Source: Octopus sinensis (Eukaryota). Taken from it: 64,000 bases of DNA. The notes under the pieces were generated by a model. It searched no databases. It was not told the DNA's origin and worked only from the letters and a program-made list of their open reading frames with translations. Of the stretch, positions 12,135-26,818 are shown one piece after another. The stretch lies in the NCBI RefSeq assembly GCF_006345805.1, contig NC_043004.1, forward strand, positions 23,188,001-23,252,000, in the 5' to 3' direction. The stretch's first letter is position 1. The number at the start of each line of letters is the position of its first letter. The translations under genes and the position numbers were made by a program.

Positions 12135-12455
12135 GAAGCCACGTGGCCTAGTGGTTAGGGTGGTATTCTTAAGCTCGCAAGGTCGTGGTTTTGATTCCTG
12201 GACCGGAGAATGCTTTTTGTTGTTAAACTAAACATTTCATTTCGTGTTACTTCAGTCTACTGAGCTGTAAAGGAATAACCCTGCGAAGGACTGGCGTCTC
12301 GTTCAGGGAAAATTTAGTGATCTCGGTTAGTTGTACAGTATAGGCCCACCTGGATAGCCGGCGGAGTTGCATCATTTGAAAGTTATACAAGTGTGAAGAA
12401 GCGCATTGTGTCCAGCGTGTTATAACAACATCCCAAAACATGATCGCTACAATGA
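12135..12455 (+). mobile_element. tRNA-derived SINE family C (CORE-like), degenerate
   Basis: A-box TGGCCTAGTGG and B-box-like GTTTTGATTCC; tail AAGCGCATTGTGTCCAGCG also seen at ~57075. Confidence 0.7.
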
Positions 12456-13186
12456 TACAGTAATATCAATACGGATTAGGAAAATACTACCAGGAAAGCA
12501 TTGTTTACTAAATACAAATATTTCAGGGCCACTTATGCCATATAGTGAACTAGAATATTCGCTAGATAATTCTTTTTTCTATAATCGCCTGGGGAATCTG
12601 AGTTAATATTGGAAGTACTTCAAATCATTATATTGCATATGTTAGGCCCTATCGTATTGCAGAAATTATTTGAAATACTACAGCTTTTGCTACTACACGA
12701 ACGTTTATTGTGAAAATATCTGCCACGCATGACGTTTTCTATAAACATATATAACAAACATTGGTTCTTTGTACAAGAGGTTTTACTGCAGTAAATACAT
12801 TAAAATGTGGTATCCGAACCATTTCCTACATATTTAATGACATTTATGAGGGCAGCTTCTGTATCCGGAAATCGAAACAGTACTACCAGCCATTTGTAAT
12901 ACTCAGAAGTGCACTGTATATTGCTGTCGTTAGAGAATAATCAACCTAATAAAACAGACATATAATGAATCCCATTGAAAACATGAACATCTCATCCATT
13001 TGCATATCTTGAGTAACATTTCTCCAAAGTGGTCTTCCTTATTTAAGGGAGATTTGAGGAAATTTGGCTGCTATTTTGAGGGCCACGTAGACACTCTTAC
13101 GCTCCATCATAAATGTGTCTACGAAGAATATATTTAATTCACTTGATACACATATGCCCACATACACATATAAACACGCGCATATG

Positions 13187-13239
<53 letters not shown>

Positions 13240-15934
13240 GATTTAAATGACATCCTGAGCGATTGTCTCAATTTTGCATTATTCTTAGGTTGGTTCTCCG
13301 AAACACTTCACGCTTCTCCCCGAAATTTACTCCCACACAAGTGTGATCACTAATTCCTAGGGTGCTTATGTGATATCTAGCTCCTCTGGATCTTTCCTAT
13401 AAATTGAACATATATATATATACGTACGCCCAGGCTCAACAATATGAGTACTCAATCTAACGAAAGTAAAAATGTTTTTTATGACCACCTTACATGTATG
13501 TATGTATGTATGTATGTATGTATGTATGTATGTATGTATGTATGTATGTATGTATGTGTGTGTATGTGCATGTGTCTTACAAATTAGATACAAATGGTTA
13601 TAAATTAGAAGCCATCCTCTGTTAAAGGACTCAAGATGAGGTTAGTCGCTGATGAGAATATTATTTATGTAGGCGCGCATATGTCAGCATATATGCGCGC
13701 GCGTGTATGTGTGTGTATTCACAAATAGTAACTTATAACTGATTTCGGATGCTGCAGCTGGGTCCTGAAGTTGTGGTAGGGGGATGCATTGGTATAAGAT
13801 TTTATTTTCTGCTTACAGCGTACAATCTTAGCAATGAGGCTGTTTAGACAGGAGTAACTATTCTTAACATTATGCACTTTAAAACTTATTATATTTTTGT
13901 TTTCTTGGGAAGTGGAGTCTAAAATGAATATATTCCGGTTTTTAATCCATGGAGTCACGTAACTTCGGCAGAGAGTTAAATCAAGTTATTCTACTGGCCT
14001 TATATCTGTTCAGAGGGGTAGGACTGGTACATCTGATATATCAGATAAATTATCGCTAGAGACGCTCTTCACTGGGATTACATTTGTGAGGAATGTTTCA
14101 GTAAAAAGGATGTTTGTGTTTGCATTGGGTGTGTCAATCTGACCCTTGTATTTGCTGCTAATATGTTATTAATCAGCAAAATGATGAAACGCAAACATTC
14201 TTCATTAACATGCTCGCTTTTAATATTAATTACGTTTGGCCCTCATGAATATTTGATATTATAGCTCTTTCTCATCCCTTCTGCGCCAGCGTGATAAGGT
14301 TTCTAAATTTGACATAAAGCCACATACTTGAGTCAGGGTGGTCTTGTCGATTGAAAAGGCATTTGTAATTGATATGAATTTTGTCAACCCTAGGTCCGTA
14401 AAATACAAAGATAGCAGGATTTATAATTAAATATTACAAACTATTTTCTCTGAGTTTATCCATCTTCAGCTTTTATACATCCAAAGAATCGGCTTGTAAC
14501 ATAGACAAATATTTGGTGGAGGGAAGTGTAGTGTCGTCAATGTATAATTCTACTTTATTTCATTAACACTGCGGGATTTAACCTCAGAACCGTTAAGAAG
14601 CCAGACCTAAATTTCAAAATTTATGTTATTCGGCCACCCGTCGACCTTACACATCATTTACATAGATTATGTCTGGCATTCCTATGTTCCTGTAATCATG
14701 TAGTCGATCGTATCTCGCCCGGTACTTGATTAGTACTTTATTTTATCGACCATTCCTCTAAACGCTAAGGAGACTTTGGTAAAATTTGAACTGAAAGCGT
14801 AAAGAGGCGTGACGAAATTGCAAGGCATTTCAGCATTCATTATAGCGATTCTGTTGCCCACCGACTCCACACATCATAAATATTGAAATGAAATACAGAG
14901 GTAGTAGTAGCAGTAGTTGTTGTTGTTGTTGATTATAAATAATTACTTTTAATGTTAAAACTGAACGTAACGCTGAAGTAATGACCAATGCAGTGCCACA
15001 TTGAATATTCTATTTCAAAACCAATTAATTTTATGCAGTTTCAGAAAATACTAAAACCCATTTCTGTATGAATATATTCCTGTGAGCCTCTGTCAATATG
15101 TATGCGTGCGTGTATTTGTTTATACATACTCATCTGTGTGTATGTGCGTGTGTGTTTAGAATATCCAAATTTATCGAAATAAAATATCTTTTATTTTTGC
15201 TTTAAAGATATTTTAAATAAATTAGGATGTTTTTACACAGAGGAACTGAACGGATTTTTTTCCTAAAAGCATTTTCGAATCATTTCAGATATAATTAAAA
15301 CAAAACTAAATCTGGGTTACAAATAAAGTGATCGGAATTTACTTCCGATGAAACTTTATGATACAAACGGCAAAAGTCATCAGCGCCGTAATTGGTGTTA
15401 TTGGTAGTGATATTGTTGCTGTTGTTGATGATGATGATGATGTTAATAATGGTGGTGATGATGACGATTATGATGTTGTTGGTGGTGGCAGTAGTGGCGA
15501 TGGTAGTGCCGCTACTATTACTACGACATTTTTTAGAGATACACAAAAGTACATTTTTTTTAACGTGTCATTTCCTTATCTAAGAGGGATATTCTGTTGT
15601 TATGTCTAACGGGTTACGAATCCGCGTTGAAACTCCCTGCTTGAATGGAAAAGTGTATCGTGTGTTAATGATATAACACTCACGAAAAAGTAACATTATC
15701 GACACTGTTGGGGCTGGAACTCAGAATCTTCAGTTCTGAAGACAGATGCCTTCTGCATTAGGCCACCTCCACTTAATTATATCGTCTGTGTTTTACCCTT
15801 ACTTCAAATTTCATCACAAATTAGATCTAAATTACATTTCCAGTTTTATTATTCAGCAATTACCTCCCTATTTTGCGTTTTTAGTTTTCTTCTTCTTTCA
15901 AACAGGTTGACAAGAATATCTCACTTTAACTCTG

Positions 15935-16070
15935 CCACGTGCAGAAAATGGCAGCCAAATTCCCCTGGAAGCATACGATATCGATATCTTCTATAAAAAC
16001 CGTATGATAATTAGATAATCTATATTCTCTAAATACACTGTTTCTGAAAACTACAGGATAATCGCGGCTA
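15935..16070 (+). repeat. Dispersed repeat (GCAGCCAAAT family); related copies at ~13000-13090 (-), ~20340-20490 and ~28975-29120
   Basis: Shared GAAAATGGCAGCCAAATTCCC / TATCAGCCAAATCCCTC motif followed by similar GATAA..T.GT.CTA.ATAC sequence. Confidence 0.5.
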
Positions 16071-16585
16071 GAGGTTTTCGCTGCAGTGCTTTGGTCTGAC
16101 GGATCAATGCTTACAAGATACCTAATAACACTAAGAAATAAAACATTAAATGACGTAATCCTAGATATGCTATATCTGAAAAAGTACAGATGTTATAAAG
16201 CAAACCTATTTATAGGTTTGCTATTTTACCGGACTGTTTGAAATAACCGTTTAACCGTCAATTTGGACACTAATCACCTGAAGACGTTGGATTGTTGTAT
16301 TATGTTGACGCAATAATGTGCATAATATATGTAATTTCCAGCAATTACCAGCTGATACTGATGCGCCGAAACAATTGTAGTGATTTGTAATAAAACTTGT
16401 TCATTCCCTCTTTACCCATTAAAATTATCTTTTGTATAAATCCTACGGATATTCGCGGATTACCGAAATATTTCCAGTAAAAGGAGCAGTCCTACTGTAT
16501 GATAACATCTGGTAGCCAAAGCCCGCAGAGAAGCTTTGGAAACCATGATATAATGTTATCAATCAGATAAAGTAAAATTATTTAT

Positions 16586-16858
16586 AATTATGTGTGTGTG
16601 CCTGTATGTTTGTATGTGTATATGTATGTATGACATACTTAACGTGTGTGGTGGAAGAGCTAGAACCTGCGGGTTTCGTCCGGGAAAAATCCCTTTATAC
16701 ACATATTGTATATACACATATTGTATAAACAAAATATTTCAGAGTTAGTAGAAACAAAATCACCCTAGTAATGACCACAAGCGCGACAGATACGTATTAC
16801 GACATACTGCATCTTGTCAATGTCATGCGGTCGTGTCACCTCTGAAACGAGCTCGAAT
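16586..16858 (+). repeat. 273-bp near-identical duplicate, copy 1 (copy 2 at 21355-21627)
   Basis: AATTATGTGTGTGTGCCTG...AAACGAGCTCGAAT; one mismatch seen (CTCTGAAAC vs CTCTTAAAC). Confidence 0.92.
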
Positions 16859-17728
16859 CGGCCTGTCTAAAATATTCTTTAAACTATACACTGGTATGCA
16901 AAGACGCTACATAAGCAGAATGAAATTCGTTACATCTCTGTTGCTCGCGGTCACTTCTGGAACAATTTCGTTTCACCTAGATCTGAAATATATTGTGTTC
17001 TTTAACATAAGTCTACGAAAGAATGATTTCCAAACGGAAACAACAATTTCTGGCATTTGAACGACACAGATACGTAAAGTGTGTTGTGTTATATTTATAA
17101 GGTTTTTACTACAGAGCTGCTTCTTTCACATAATTCCAACACACACGCACAAACATACACACACGCGCGCGTACACACACACTCACACACATACACACAC
17201 ATATGGGAATAACAGCCCACCTCTAATTCAATGAAGAGTATAGATGGCCTACGCGTTATATACTTTCATTGTGTTCTATTTTATCAATGAAATCTTTGTT
17301 GCAAATGGGGAATCAATCCGAGTTAAAAGTAATATATAAATGACTTTCTTAAGTTGTCTTTTCAAACTGACGTGCACTATTCCACTGTTCCACCATTCCA
17401 CTGTTTTACTGCTCCACTGTTCCACTGTTCCGTGCTGATACTCGATAGACTTTCTACAGTCTATTCCTTTCCGTCTAATAACAGTTAAGTGATGAATGTT
17501 TTAGACCACTCTGAAAATTAATATCATTTACGCTGCTTTTCAATAAACGAATACATTTGTAACTCCAGGGATTACAGCGTTTTTATTAAACTTACATTTA
17601 ATAAGAAATTATTTCTTTTGATTCAAGGAACAAAAATCGTTATTTATTACCTTCAGTGCATTTGTATAATGATGACACGTATATGTAGATAGACAGATAG
17701 ATAGGTAGATAGATACATACATATATAA

Positions 17729-17826
<98 letters not shown>

Positions 17827-18418
17827 ATATATATTCTTTTGAGCACTGCTGTTGCTTTTTCTACACTGAGCATATTTGAGCCCACGGCGTCTAGAGCGGC
17901 TATAAGAGAAATCCGAGACGATATAGAGGGTGTAACGCAGATAAACACAAGTTTTGACACACACACACACACACACGGACACACAAGTGTAGGAAACAAA
18001 CACATTCTCTCACGCACTTACACATACGCACTCTTGACTCGACAGCTGTTTCAGGAAACTCGAAGTTACGTAATAATCGTACAATTCATAATTTTCTGAT
18101 GAACTATACAAAATGTCATGGTTATGCCACCGGTAAACAGTCACACAGAGATATTATTATAAGTTTGGCTCCCCCATGAAGAAAAGGTTAGCAAAAGCGG
18201 TTTATATTATAGTGCCAGAGATTTAAACAGTTGAAGAGAGAGGAGGGAGAACAAGAACAAAAGCCAGGGAGGAGGAGGAGGTTATCTGTGACGTGGGAAG
18301 GAGGAACAGAAGTAGAAAAGAAATGAATGGCATGGAGCCTAATTATGTATTTATATATAATTTTAGTCAAGCCTAATTACTACCTCAATCTCTCTCTCTC
18401 TATTTCTCTCTCTCTCTC

Positions 18419-18457
<39 letters not shown>

Positions 18458-19778
18458 TGAAAGTATATAATCTATATGCATACATACAGATGTGTGTGTG
18501 TATGTGTGTGTGCAAGTGTATGTCTACATATATATGGATATCTGTATGCATGTATAATATGTGTACTATATCTAATACACGTATATGTGTTTGTGTTGAT
18601 GTGTGCTGGCTATGCATGTGTATGTATATATATATGTTTGTGTGTTTGTATTGCATTATATATTGTGCATATATGCTTTCGGGCCGAAAGGGTTTTTTTT
18701 TTTACACGGCGCCGTTTTTACAATCCTGTAAATGAAAACAATGGTATTTTTATATAAGCTTAAAGCTTATGGCGATCAGCGTGCAAGACTAAGAAAATAG
18801 TCTAATAAAGGGGCATATAAGCCATCGACAGAAAAAAAGAAGGCTTTCCTATTGCATTATATATTTTGTATATTGTGCGCCTGTATATATCTGCATGTGT
18901 ATGTATGTGTATATTTACATACATATTAATATGTATATAAGAGAGACAGAGACGCTTTCAAAGCGAAGTTTAAAGCAAAACTGACATCTTGAATTATCAT
19001 GAACTCCCATTCATAAGCTAACCATATAAATTCCATGCAATTTAAACCATCCCAGGACCCTCTTTCCCTCTCTCTTCCTTTCTTTCCTGTCCTTTTTCTG
19101 TCTTCCCAGATTGTCTTTCTTTCTCTCTCTCTCTTTCATTTTTTTTTTCTCTTCTCTCTTTTTTCTCTCTCTAACCAAACCTCCAAAACTTCACCATATA
19201 CACATTTGCGCAGACAAGTATACACACACACATATATATCTTCATATATGTATGCACGCATATATAAACATGTGCATATAGAAATAAAGGAACATTCTCT
19301 TCCAGATCTAAATAAATTGGCATACATTTTGTGTAATGAATTCACATCTGATGCGTCTCAGAAACAAGCTAGATGAAAGCGCCAATAATATTTACCCCAA
19401 ATTTTAACTACCTCCTTATGTGTGTGTCTGTGTGGTGTGTGTGTGTGTGTGTGATGTGTGTGTGTGTGTGTGTATGTGTGTGTGTGTGTGTACCTTTCGC
19501 TATGTCTGAATGCATCCCTGTGTGTGTTTGTATGTTTTATCTGTGTGTGGTTGCTTCTGTATCGTGTATGTGCGTTTGTGTAAACATGCGGCAGGTATTT
19601 TATATATACTGGTATTTCACCTACGGTTGTTTGCGTGTTTAGGTTTGTGTGTATGTATATGCACACGCCTTTATCACATGTATGTATATCTTATGTTGTT
19701 TATGCATGAAACCACCGTTCATGCATGTGTTTGTATGTATCTGTATGTGAATTTCTGCGTTTATTTGTTGTGTGAATG

Positions 19779-19999
19779 TGTTCCCATGCAATAATAAATG
19801 CACCCTTTCAACGCCTAGCCAGGCTAATGGGCTTTCCCGGTTTCAATGGCGTATGTGTTCCCCAGCTGGACGGGACACCAGTCCATCACAGCTGAAGTGT
19901 TTTGTTCAAGAACACAACGCGTCTCCCGGTCCAGGAATCGAAACCACAATCTTACGATCATGATGCTGACACCCTAACCACTAAGCCACGCGCCTCCAC
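19779..19999 (-). mobile_element. tRNA/CORE-like SINE family C
   Basis: Reverse of GTGGAGGCGCGTGGCTTAGTGGTTAGGGTGTCAGCATCATGATCGTAAGATTGTGGTTTCGATTCCTGGACC...GTGTTCTTGAACAAAACACTT. Confidence 0.85.
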
Positions 20000-20511
20000 T
20001 TTCCATGCAATTACTGTTTTATAAATTCATTTATTTCTGTTTCTGAATACATGTAGTTATCAGTGTAGGTGTGCGTGCGAATGTGTAACAAATATACAAA
20101 TGTGACAGCGTGAATTAATTAAATAAACATGAATCCTTGGGTGGGCATTTAACGGGGCAAAAATGTTTTAAATGAATATATTAATCATTTGAACACTTGA
20201 AGATTACAATCATCAGTTGAAAGCGTTCCTTAGCCTGAACATGAAATTAGCTATAGCCTTCCAGTTGATAGAGGGAGCTGGTTTCTTAAATAGTGTATAG
20301 CTACACAAACAAACATTACTAATGCAATCTCGTGCCAAATCGGGTGCCTCTATGTAGCTACTTAACCTGCTAGAAATAACTGTAAATCACCCAGAAATCA
20401 CACACTCCCATTTTTAAATAAAATTAAAGAACACAATAGATATTGTAGTTCTGTATATACTACGATTGAACAAAATGTTATGTTGACGTCTAACCATTAG
20501 TTTGTTAGATG

Positions 20512-20835
20512 TGTGAGGGCGCGTGGCTTAGTGGTTAGGGCATTCGGCTCATGATCGTAAGGTTGTGAGTTCGATTCCCGGCGACGCGTTGTGTCCTTGA
20601 GCAAGACACTTTATTTCACGTTGCTCCAGTCCACTCAGCTGGCAAAAATGAGTTGTACTTGTATTTCAAAGGGTCAGCCTTGTCACTCTCTGTGTCACGC
20701 TGATTATCCCCGAGAACTACGTTAAGGGTACACGTGTCTGTGGAATGCTCAGCCATTTGCACGTTAATTTCACGAGCAAGCTGTTCCGTTGATCGTATCA
20801 GCTGGGACCCTCGTCATCGTAACCGGCGGAGTCTT
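20512..20835 (+). mobile_element. tRNA/CORE-like SINE family C, near full length
   Basis: A-box TGGCTTAGTGG, B-box GAGTTCGATTCC, then GTGTCCTTGAGCAAGACACTT, which resembles the CORE-domain motif GTGACCTTGGGCAAGTTACTT. Confidence 0.88.
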
Positions 20836-21354
20836 TAATTAATGAGTTTGTTAGATCACGACTGTTTTGAGGCTAGACAGCAACATCAAGTACAACAGCA
20901 CTGCTCCGACATCACAGTCGGGAGTATGATATAGAAGGTCGGAACAGTGATGCCTTTTGGGATTGCTAAAATTACAAACATGATTCATTCAACTGTGCTC
21001 TACACTAAAAAAAAAATCTTGGTCTGCTGCTGAACTGAAGAAAATTATTTGAAGTTAGGCTTGGCGTTTCTATTTATTTGTTTTGAAAATGACAGTGACT
21101 TTTCTGCTTCATGTTGTTGTTTTTTTTATTTATGCATCTCCTTTTAGTGACATATTACTTGATAAAAGTCTTATAGTCTCTCACTGGGATCAAATGATAG
21201 ATGAATTCCTAAAGCCAAAGTAATCAGAAGCAGAAATCGATACATTTTGTTTCTTTTGTATATTCGAAACCCTTTTTATTTGTGACAGCTATGATTGTTA
21301 AATCTTGCAAAATCATTCTTTTCGATAGCACAGTAAAATTCAGTGTCTCTAAAG

Positions 21355-21627
21355 AATTATGTGTGTGTGCCTGTATGTTTGTATGTGTATATGTATGTAT
21401 GACATACTTAACGTGTGTGGTGGAAGAGCTAGAACCTGCGGGTTTCGTCCGGGAAAAATCCCTTTATACACATATTGTATATACACATATTGTATAAACA
21501 AAATATTTCAGAGTTAGTAGAAACAAAATCACCCTAGTAATGACCACAAGCGCGACAGATACGTATTACGACATACTGCATCTTGTCAATGTCATGCGGT
21601 CGTGTCACCTCTTAAACGAGCTCGAAT
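21355..21627 (+). repeat. 273-bp near-identical duplicate, copy 2
   Basis: Matches 16586-16858. Confidence 0.92.
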
Positions 21628-22664
21628 AGCTTTGCTGTTATCTCAATATTGGAAAAACAATACATCTCATTGTGAGATCTCCAACGAAACTTTAATAATT
21701 TCCAACTTACATATATATTTATTTGCTGGCACATAATAGAAATATAATATGCTTTGTAAGAATTATGCATCATTTTCTAATTTCAAGGTTTTGCATTAGA
21801 AACTTTCAATGGCTGATGATCGATCGAAGAATAACGATAAAAGTTTTACTGATAACATGTAAATAATATATTTCTTAATGGGAATAGTGTATTTTCTAAA
21901 TTTTAACTGAAATATTAAGACTTTAATAATCTTTTACTTGACTAAAGACAATTATTGAAATGCGTAATAACTTCACAACTATTCCCCGCTTCTACATCAT
22001 GGAATATTGCTACGAGGAAGTCTTATTTCAACCATTAAAAACTCACAAAAATTGTAACACTATTGTCAGTTCATTTTTAATGGTAATGTGCACTATAAAG
22101 TATCAAACAATTCAATATCCATATAGCTACAGAAACACTGGATTATATTAGTGACTAAGTCACAGAATTGCAACAACACTTATGATAGCATTATTATGTA
22201 ATACAAGAAATACGAATACACACTTCTGTGTGTTCCTAAATGGTTCAAACACTTCTTCTACGATGTTTCAGTTTCAACATCCTATCTTGAATCATTTGTT
22301 CATTATTTAAAAGTTGAGTAATTTTTTCATTCGAATGTACATATACTTTTGCCTTCACTTTATGCATCTACTATCAATGTGATATCCTCATAGTCTCTCA
22401 CTTTCACCTCTCTTGCCTTAGTTCTCACCTCAAATGTAGCTATATCAATACCAGTATATACTCGTCTGAAACGCCTAGCCGTTAACAGACCGAGAACAGT
22501 GAAAAGGTTTTTAAAGAACTAATCAAATTTACATTAACAAACGTAATTTGGAAAGTTCAAAATCTAGGTCCTAGTTTATCCATATCTGGGTTGTACATTT
22601 GCTTAATGTTCTTCCGACAGAAAAGACGAAATTTTTATGCTCACCGCCCGATAACATTTTGCTA

Positions 22665-22718
<54 letters not shown>

Positions 22719-22897
22719 TGAAGCTTTACTATAGCATCGTATATTATCGACTGCTATTTCTAGTAAATATTGGTGCATTGCTGTACCACTATATAATATA
22801 TGTGTGTGTATGTGTATATATATATATATATATTAATACATATAGATACGTGTATGTATGATAGATAATTATTTGTATTACTACTATGTTATTATTT

Positions 22898-23420
22898 AGG
22901 CGGCGAGCTGGCAGGTTCGTTAGCATACCGGGCAAAATGCTTACCAGCATTTTATCCGTCCTCACGTTCTGAGTTCACATTCCGCTGAGGTCGACTTTGC
23001 CTTTCATCCTTTCAAGGTCGATGAAATTAGTAACAGTCCGATACTGGGGTCGATGTAATCGGACCTGCTGGCCTTGAAGTGCTGTAATTATACATAGTAA
23101 ACGGGTGAGCTGGCAGAATCGCTAGGATGCCGAACATAATAATATCTAGTAGAATGTCATCCGGCACTTTGAGTTCTGAGTTTAAATCCTGTTGAAGATA
23201 ATTTTTTTTTCATCACTTGGGGGTCGATAAACTAAAATCGACCAATCCTCTCACTTAGAATTGCTGGCCTTGTACTATAATTTGAAACCATTATTTACGC
23301 AAGAAGGGCGAAGAGTTGACAGAATCTTTACAGAGTCAGAAAAACTACTTTGCTGTATTTGGTCCGGCTTTTTACGTTCTAGGTTCAAGTGCTGCAGAAA
23401 TCAACTTTGCCGAAATTTTA
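22898..23420 (+). mobile_element. Three tandem SINE family A copies
   Basis: Heads AGGCGGCGAGCTGGCAGG (22898), CGGGTGAGCTGGCAGAATC (~23102) and GGGCGAAGAGTTGACAGAATC (~23306). Confidence 0.8.
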
Positions 23421-24678
23421 AAAATTTATGACTATATATATATATATCACTATAACCAAGGGTATTAAACTAGGTAACGAGTTAAGCGTAGCACCCAAGA
23501 AAGCCATTACAAAACTTGAACTTAGAACGAAGAAAGCTGAACCAAATACAGCAAAGCATCGCTGGATTGACACGTCTAGACTGTCCTCGGAAAGGTGAGA
23601 TTTGAACTCAGTGTGTAGATAGTTACAACCATTTCATCCGACACCCTAACAAGTCTACTAATTTATTAACTAAAATTATGTGAAACAAATCTGACGCAGC
23701 AGTTTCAATTCAAAAAGCGGGGAGTTGGAGTTTGATCCAGTGAAATAAAAAATTCATTTCTTCGCCGAATTGCAGAAACTTAAAACCACAAAAAAGGTTG
23801 TAAATGCATTGTAGTGCTTTCGTTGCGGTGCTGTTGACGTTTAATGAACATTCAGTGTAAAACTGTTTCCTTGATATAATTATTCATTATTTGCAAGCGC
23901 TACTGTGGAGAACAGTTTGATATGTCTAATATCCGAGAGCATTTTCAAGATCACTATTCATGAGATCTCCGACAGTTTAGTGTGAGGTGTCATCATTTCA
24001 ATGCTGAACTGTCACTTCAAAAGAGATTTACGTTTGGTCTTTAAATAATTCAACTCAGCAAACTGTTTTCTTGCAATGAAATTCGGATATTTCTCTAAAT
24101 AGTTGTCAGTTTGCTTAATGCAACTCAATTATTAAAACTAGGAGAAAAAACAAAAAAGAATTTCTAAATGTAGGCGAAGACATTGTTTAGAAGCTCGCCT
24201 TAGAACTACGTGGTTTTCCGCTTCAGTTCTACTGCGTGACATCTAGGGCCAATTATTATGTTATAACCCCGGAAGATCAATGTCTTCTGAGTGAATTTGG
24301 TTGATGGAGACTATGAGGAAGCAAACATGTCAAACATGACTTTACACGAATCTATTCTACTCAATGCTTCTTCGTACGACATTAATTTCATAAATAGATA
24401 AAGAGCACGCACACACACACACACACGCACACACATATCTGCACATGCGAGTAATCACGTAAATAGAAAACGAGGTGAAAAAAATAGTGCTCAAATATCG
24501 AAGGTAGAGTAATATCTTTTATAAAATCTTCACAAACTGTTGCTCAGTTTCACATTACCATTCGTCGGACAGTTGTGATCATACTAAAATTTGGTATGAT
24601 CACAGCCGTCTGACGAATGGTAACATGAAACTCTGAGTAACAGTCTTTGAAGATTTTTGTAGCTTTAAGTGTATATAT

Positions 24679-24873
24679 GAAATGCATAGCCGTATTTCGT
24701 CTGCCGTTACGTTCTGAGTTCAAATTCCGCCGAGGTCGAATTTGCCTTTCATCCTTTCGGGGTCGATTAATTAAGTACCAGTTACGCACTGGGGTCAATA
24801 TAATCGACTTAATCCGTTTGTCTGTCCTTGTTTGTCTCCTCTGTGTGTAGCCCCTTGTGGGTAGTAAAGAAAT
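24679..24873 (+). mobile_element. SINE family A, long-tail variant, 5' truncated
   Basis: Central GCCTTTCATCCTTTCGGGGTCGAT plus tail AATCCGTTTGTCTGTCCTTGTTTGTC..GTAGCCCCTTGTGGGTAGTAAAGAAATA. Confidence 0.88.
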
Positions 24874-24932
24874 ATATATATATATATATATCTTATATAA
24901 AATCCGTTCTCTGTGTGTGTGTGTGTGTGTGG

Positions 24933-25002
<70 letters not shown>

Positions 25003-26818
25003 GTGTGTGTGTGTGTGTGTCTTCTCGGATCTCGGGCATCCGATTGCGCTCAAATTTGACATGTAGATACCGACGGTATCAGGGCGTGTATAAGTCTTGA
25101 AAAAAATACAAAAATTGAATCCATGTGAGAATGCGATCGATAAAGCCGTAGGAAATCGTTTTACTTTGGTTGCACAATCGACTGTGGCGCTGATAGGAGT
25201 TGCCTCACTTAACACTAAACATGCATATTTCATACACAGTCGGTCATTTTCCTTTCTTTTTCTTTTTCAACTACTGTTGAGTGCCAAACAAATTTGCCAA
25301 ACTCAATTTAGTTACCACTAGCTTTTCCATGCCCTTGAACATCTCGTAAAGTAAGTTAGCTTAAAATTAGTTACTTAGTTCCCTAGGTTGTTGCTTTTCA
25401 TCAAAACTCGCCCTAAGTTGATTTCCTACATGTTTTATCGGATAAACTTATTATTGTTCCAGGTACGTTCTCATAAATTCATTATGCATTTCCATCTAGA
25501 TTTACCTCCAGCTAACCCATTTGCATGCATCGTTTTTATCCTGCTTTTCTTCCGTCAACCTGTACACAACTGCACCTTCCATTTTTGTTGTTTTTGTACT
25601 GCTTAAAGGCACGTTTCTTTTCTGCCAAGCTTACTATTTAAACCATGTTTGTTTTCTCCCAGTCAACAGCCTTATCATTACTGGTATTTTAAACTCTTCG
25701 GTTGCATATTTCTGTGAATAAAATCGTTTTTCTTTGGAATAGAAAAAAGTATATTTTTGTTTCTTCTTTTGCTGGTGTCTCAAATTTAGGTTAAATCAAT
25801 GTTTCTCAAAGGGGAGACCTATAGGACGGTCGGACAAGTTGTTTTGAGAAACTTTGGTCTAAATGTTTGACAACTCAGCACCGTCCATTGCACGGGGTGC
25901 GTTTTTCTCGTATATATATAGATAGATAGATAGAAAGATAGATAGATAGATAATATTCTCACAGTTTGTTGTCAATTGTTATAATATTAAGTGCCTCGAA
26001 ACACCAACAAAATATTTCACTCATATTTTTGTGTTAATAGAGAAGTTTAATTTTATCTGTGCTAAAGTTCAACTGAGAGCGGTTAAGCAAATTATTTTCT
26101 TGAATACGCAGTAAAAATTTACCTTTATGCAAACTGCTAACTCTTAATCATTATTTCCAATTTGTCTTGAAAGCGATATCTAAACATCATACGTTGCTGA
26201 GAAAATATTATTTATAAAAAGTTTCTTACTAAATTATGAAAACTAGTAGATTTTGTTCCAAATTAAACATACAGTTGATAAGAAAATATGCAAAAATAAT
26301 CTTGAATAAATTAGATTTGGCTCGAACACACCTGTAGCTTAAAATTTTGTGTGTATGTATATCATAGATAAATAGATAGATAGACAATAATACCTCTTTT
26401 CATACCATGACTTATATAAACATTATCAAAAGACGTGACAATGTTACTAAATAAGATTCAATCATATTTCTTTTTATGATATCTTCCATAATATATACGT
26501 CATTCCTCGTATGCAGCTATTGTTATTTAGTTAAAACAATGTGCTTTCTTCCAGTTTTCATGAACCAAAAGCTTCGTGTTAGAGTTAAATTTATTTTCCT
26601 GTTGCTTCCATCTATTTCCTATTCTTTTGCATTCTTCACCATTTTTCACGCCCCACGTGTTTTACTGCAACGCATTTTGTTTCAAGATTTTCTGGGGTTT
26701 TTTGTTTGTTTTTTTTCACTTTTTAACATTTTTACATTGATTTTTTTAATTCTTTTTTTCTCTTTTCTTTTCTCTGTTAGCTTAAGAAACACTATGTAAT
26801 TATACAGTGCTTCGTGGG

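Noticed and set aside
20512-20590. tRNA-like cloverleaf heads here and at 19925-19999 and 54803-54875
   Set aside because: They continue into SINE bodies and lack proper acceptor stems, so they are SINE heads rather than tRNA genes.
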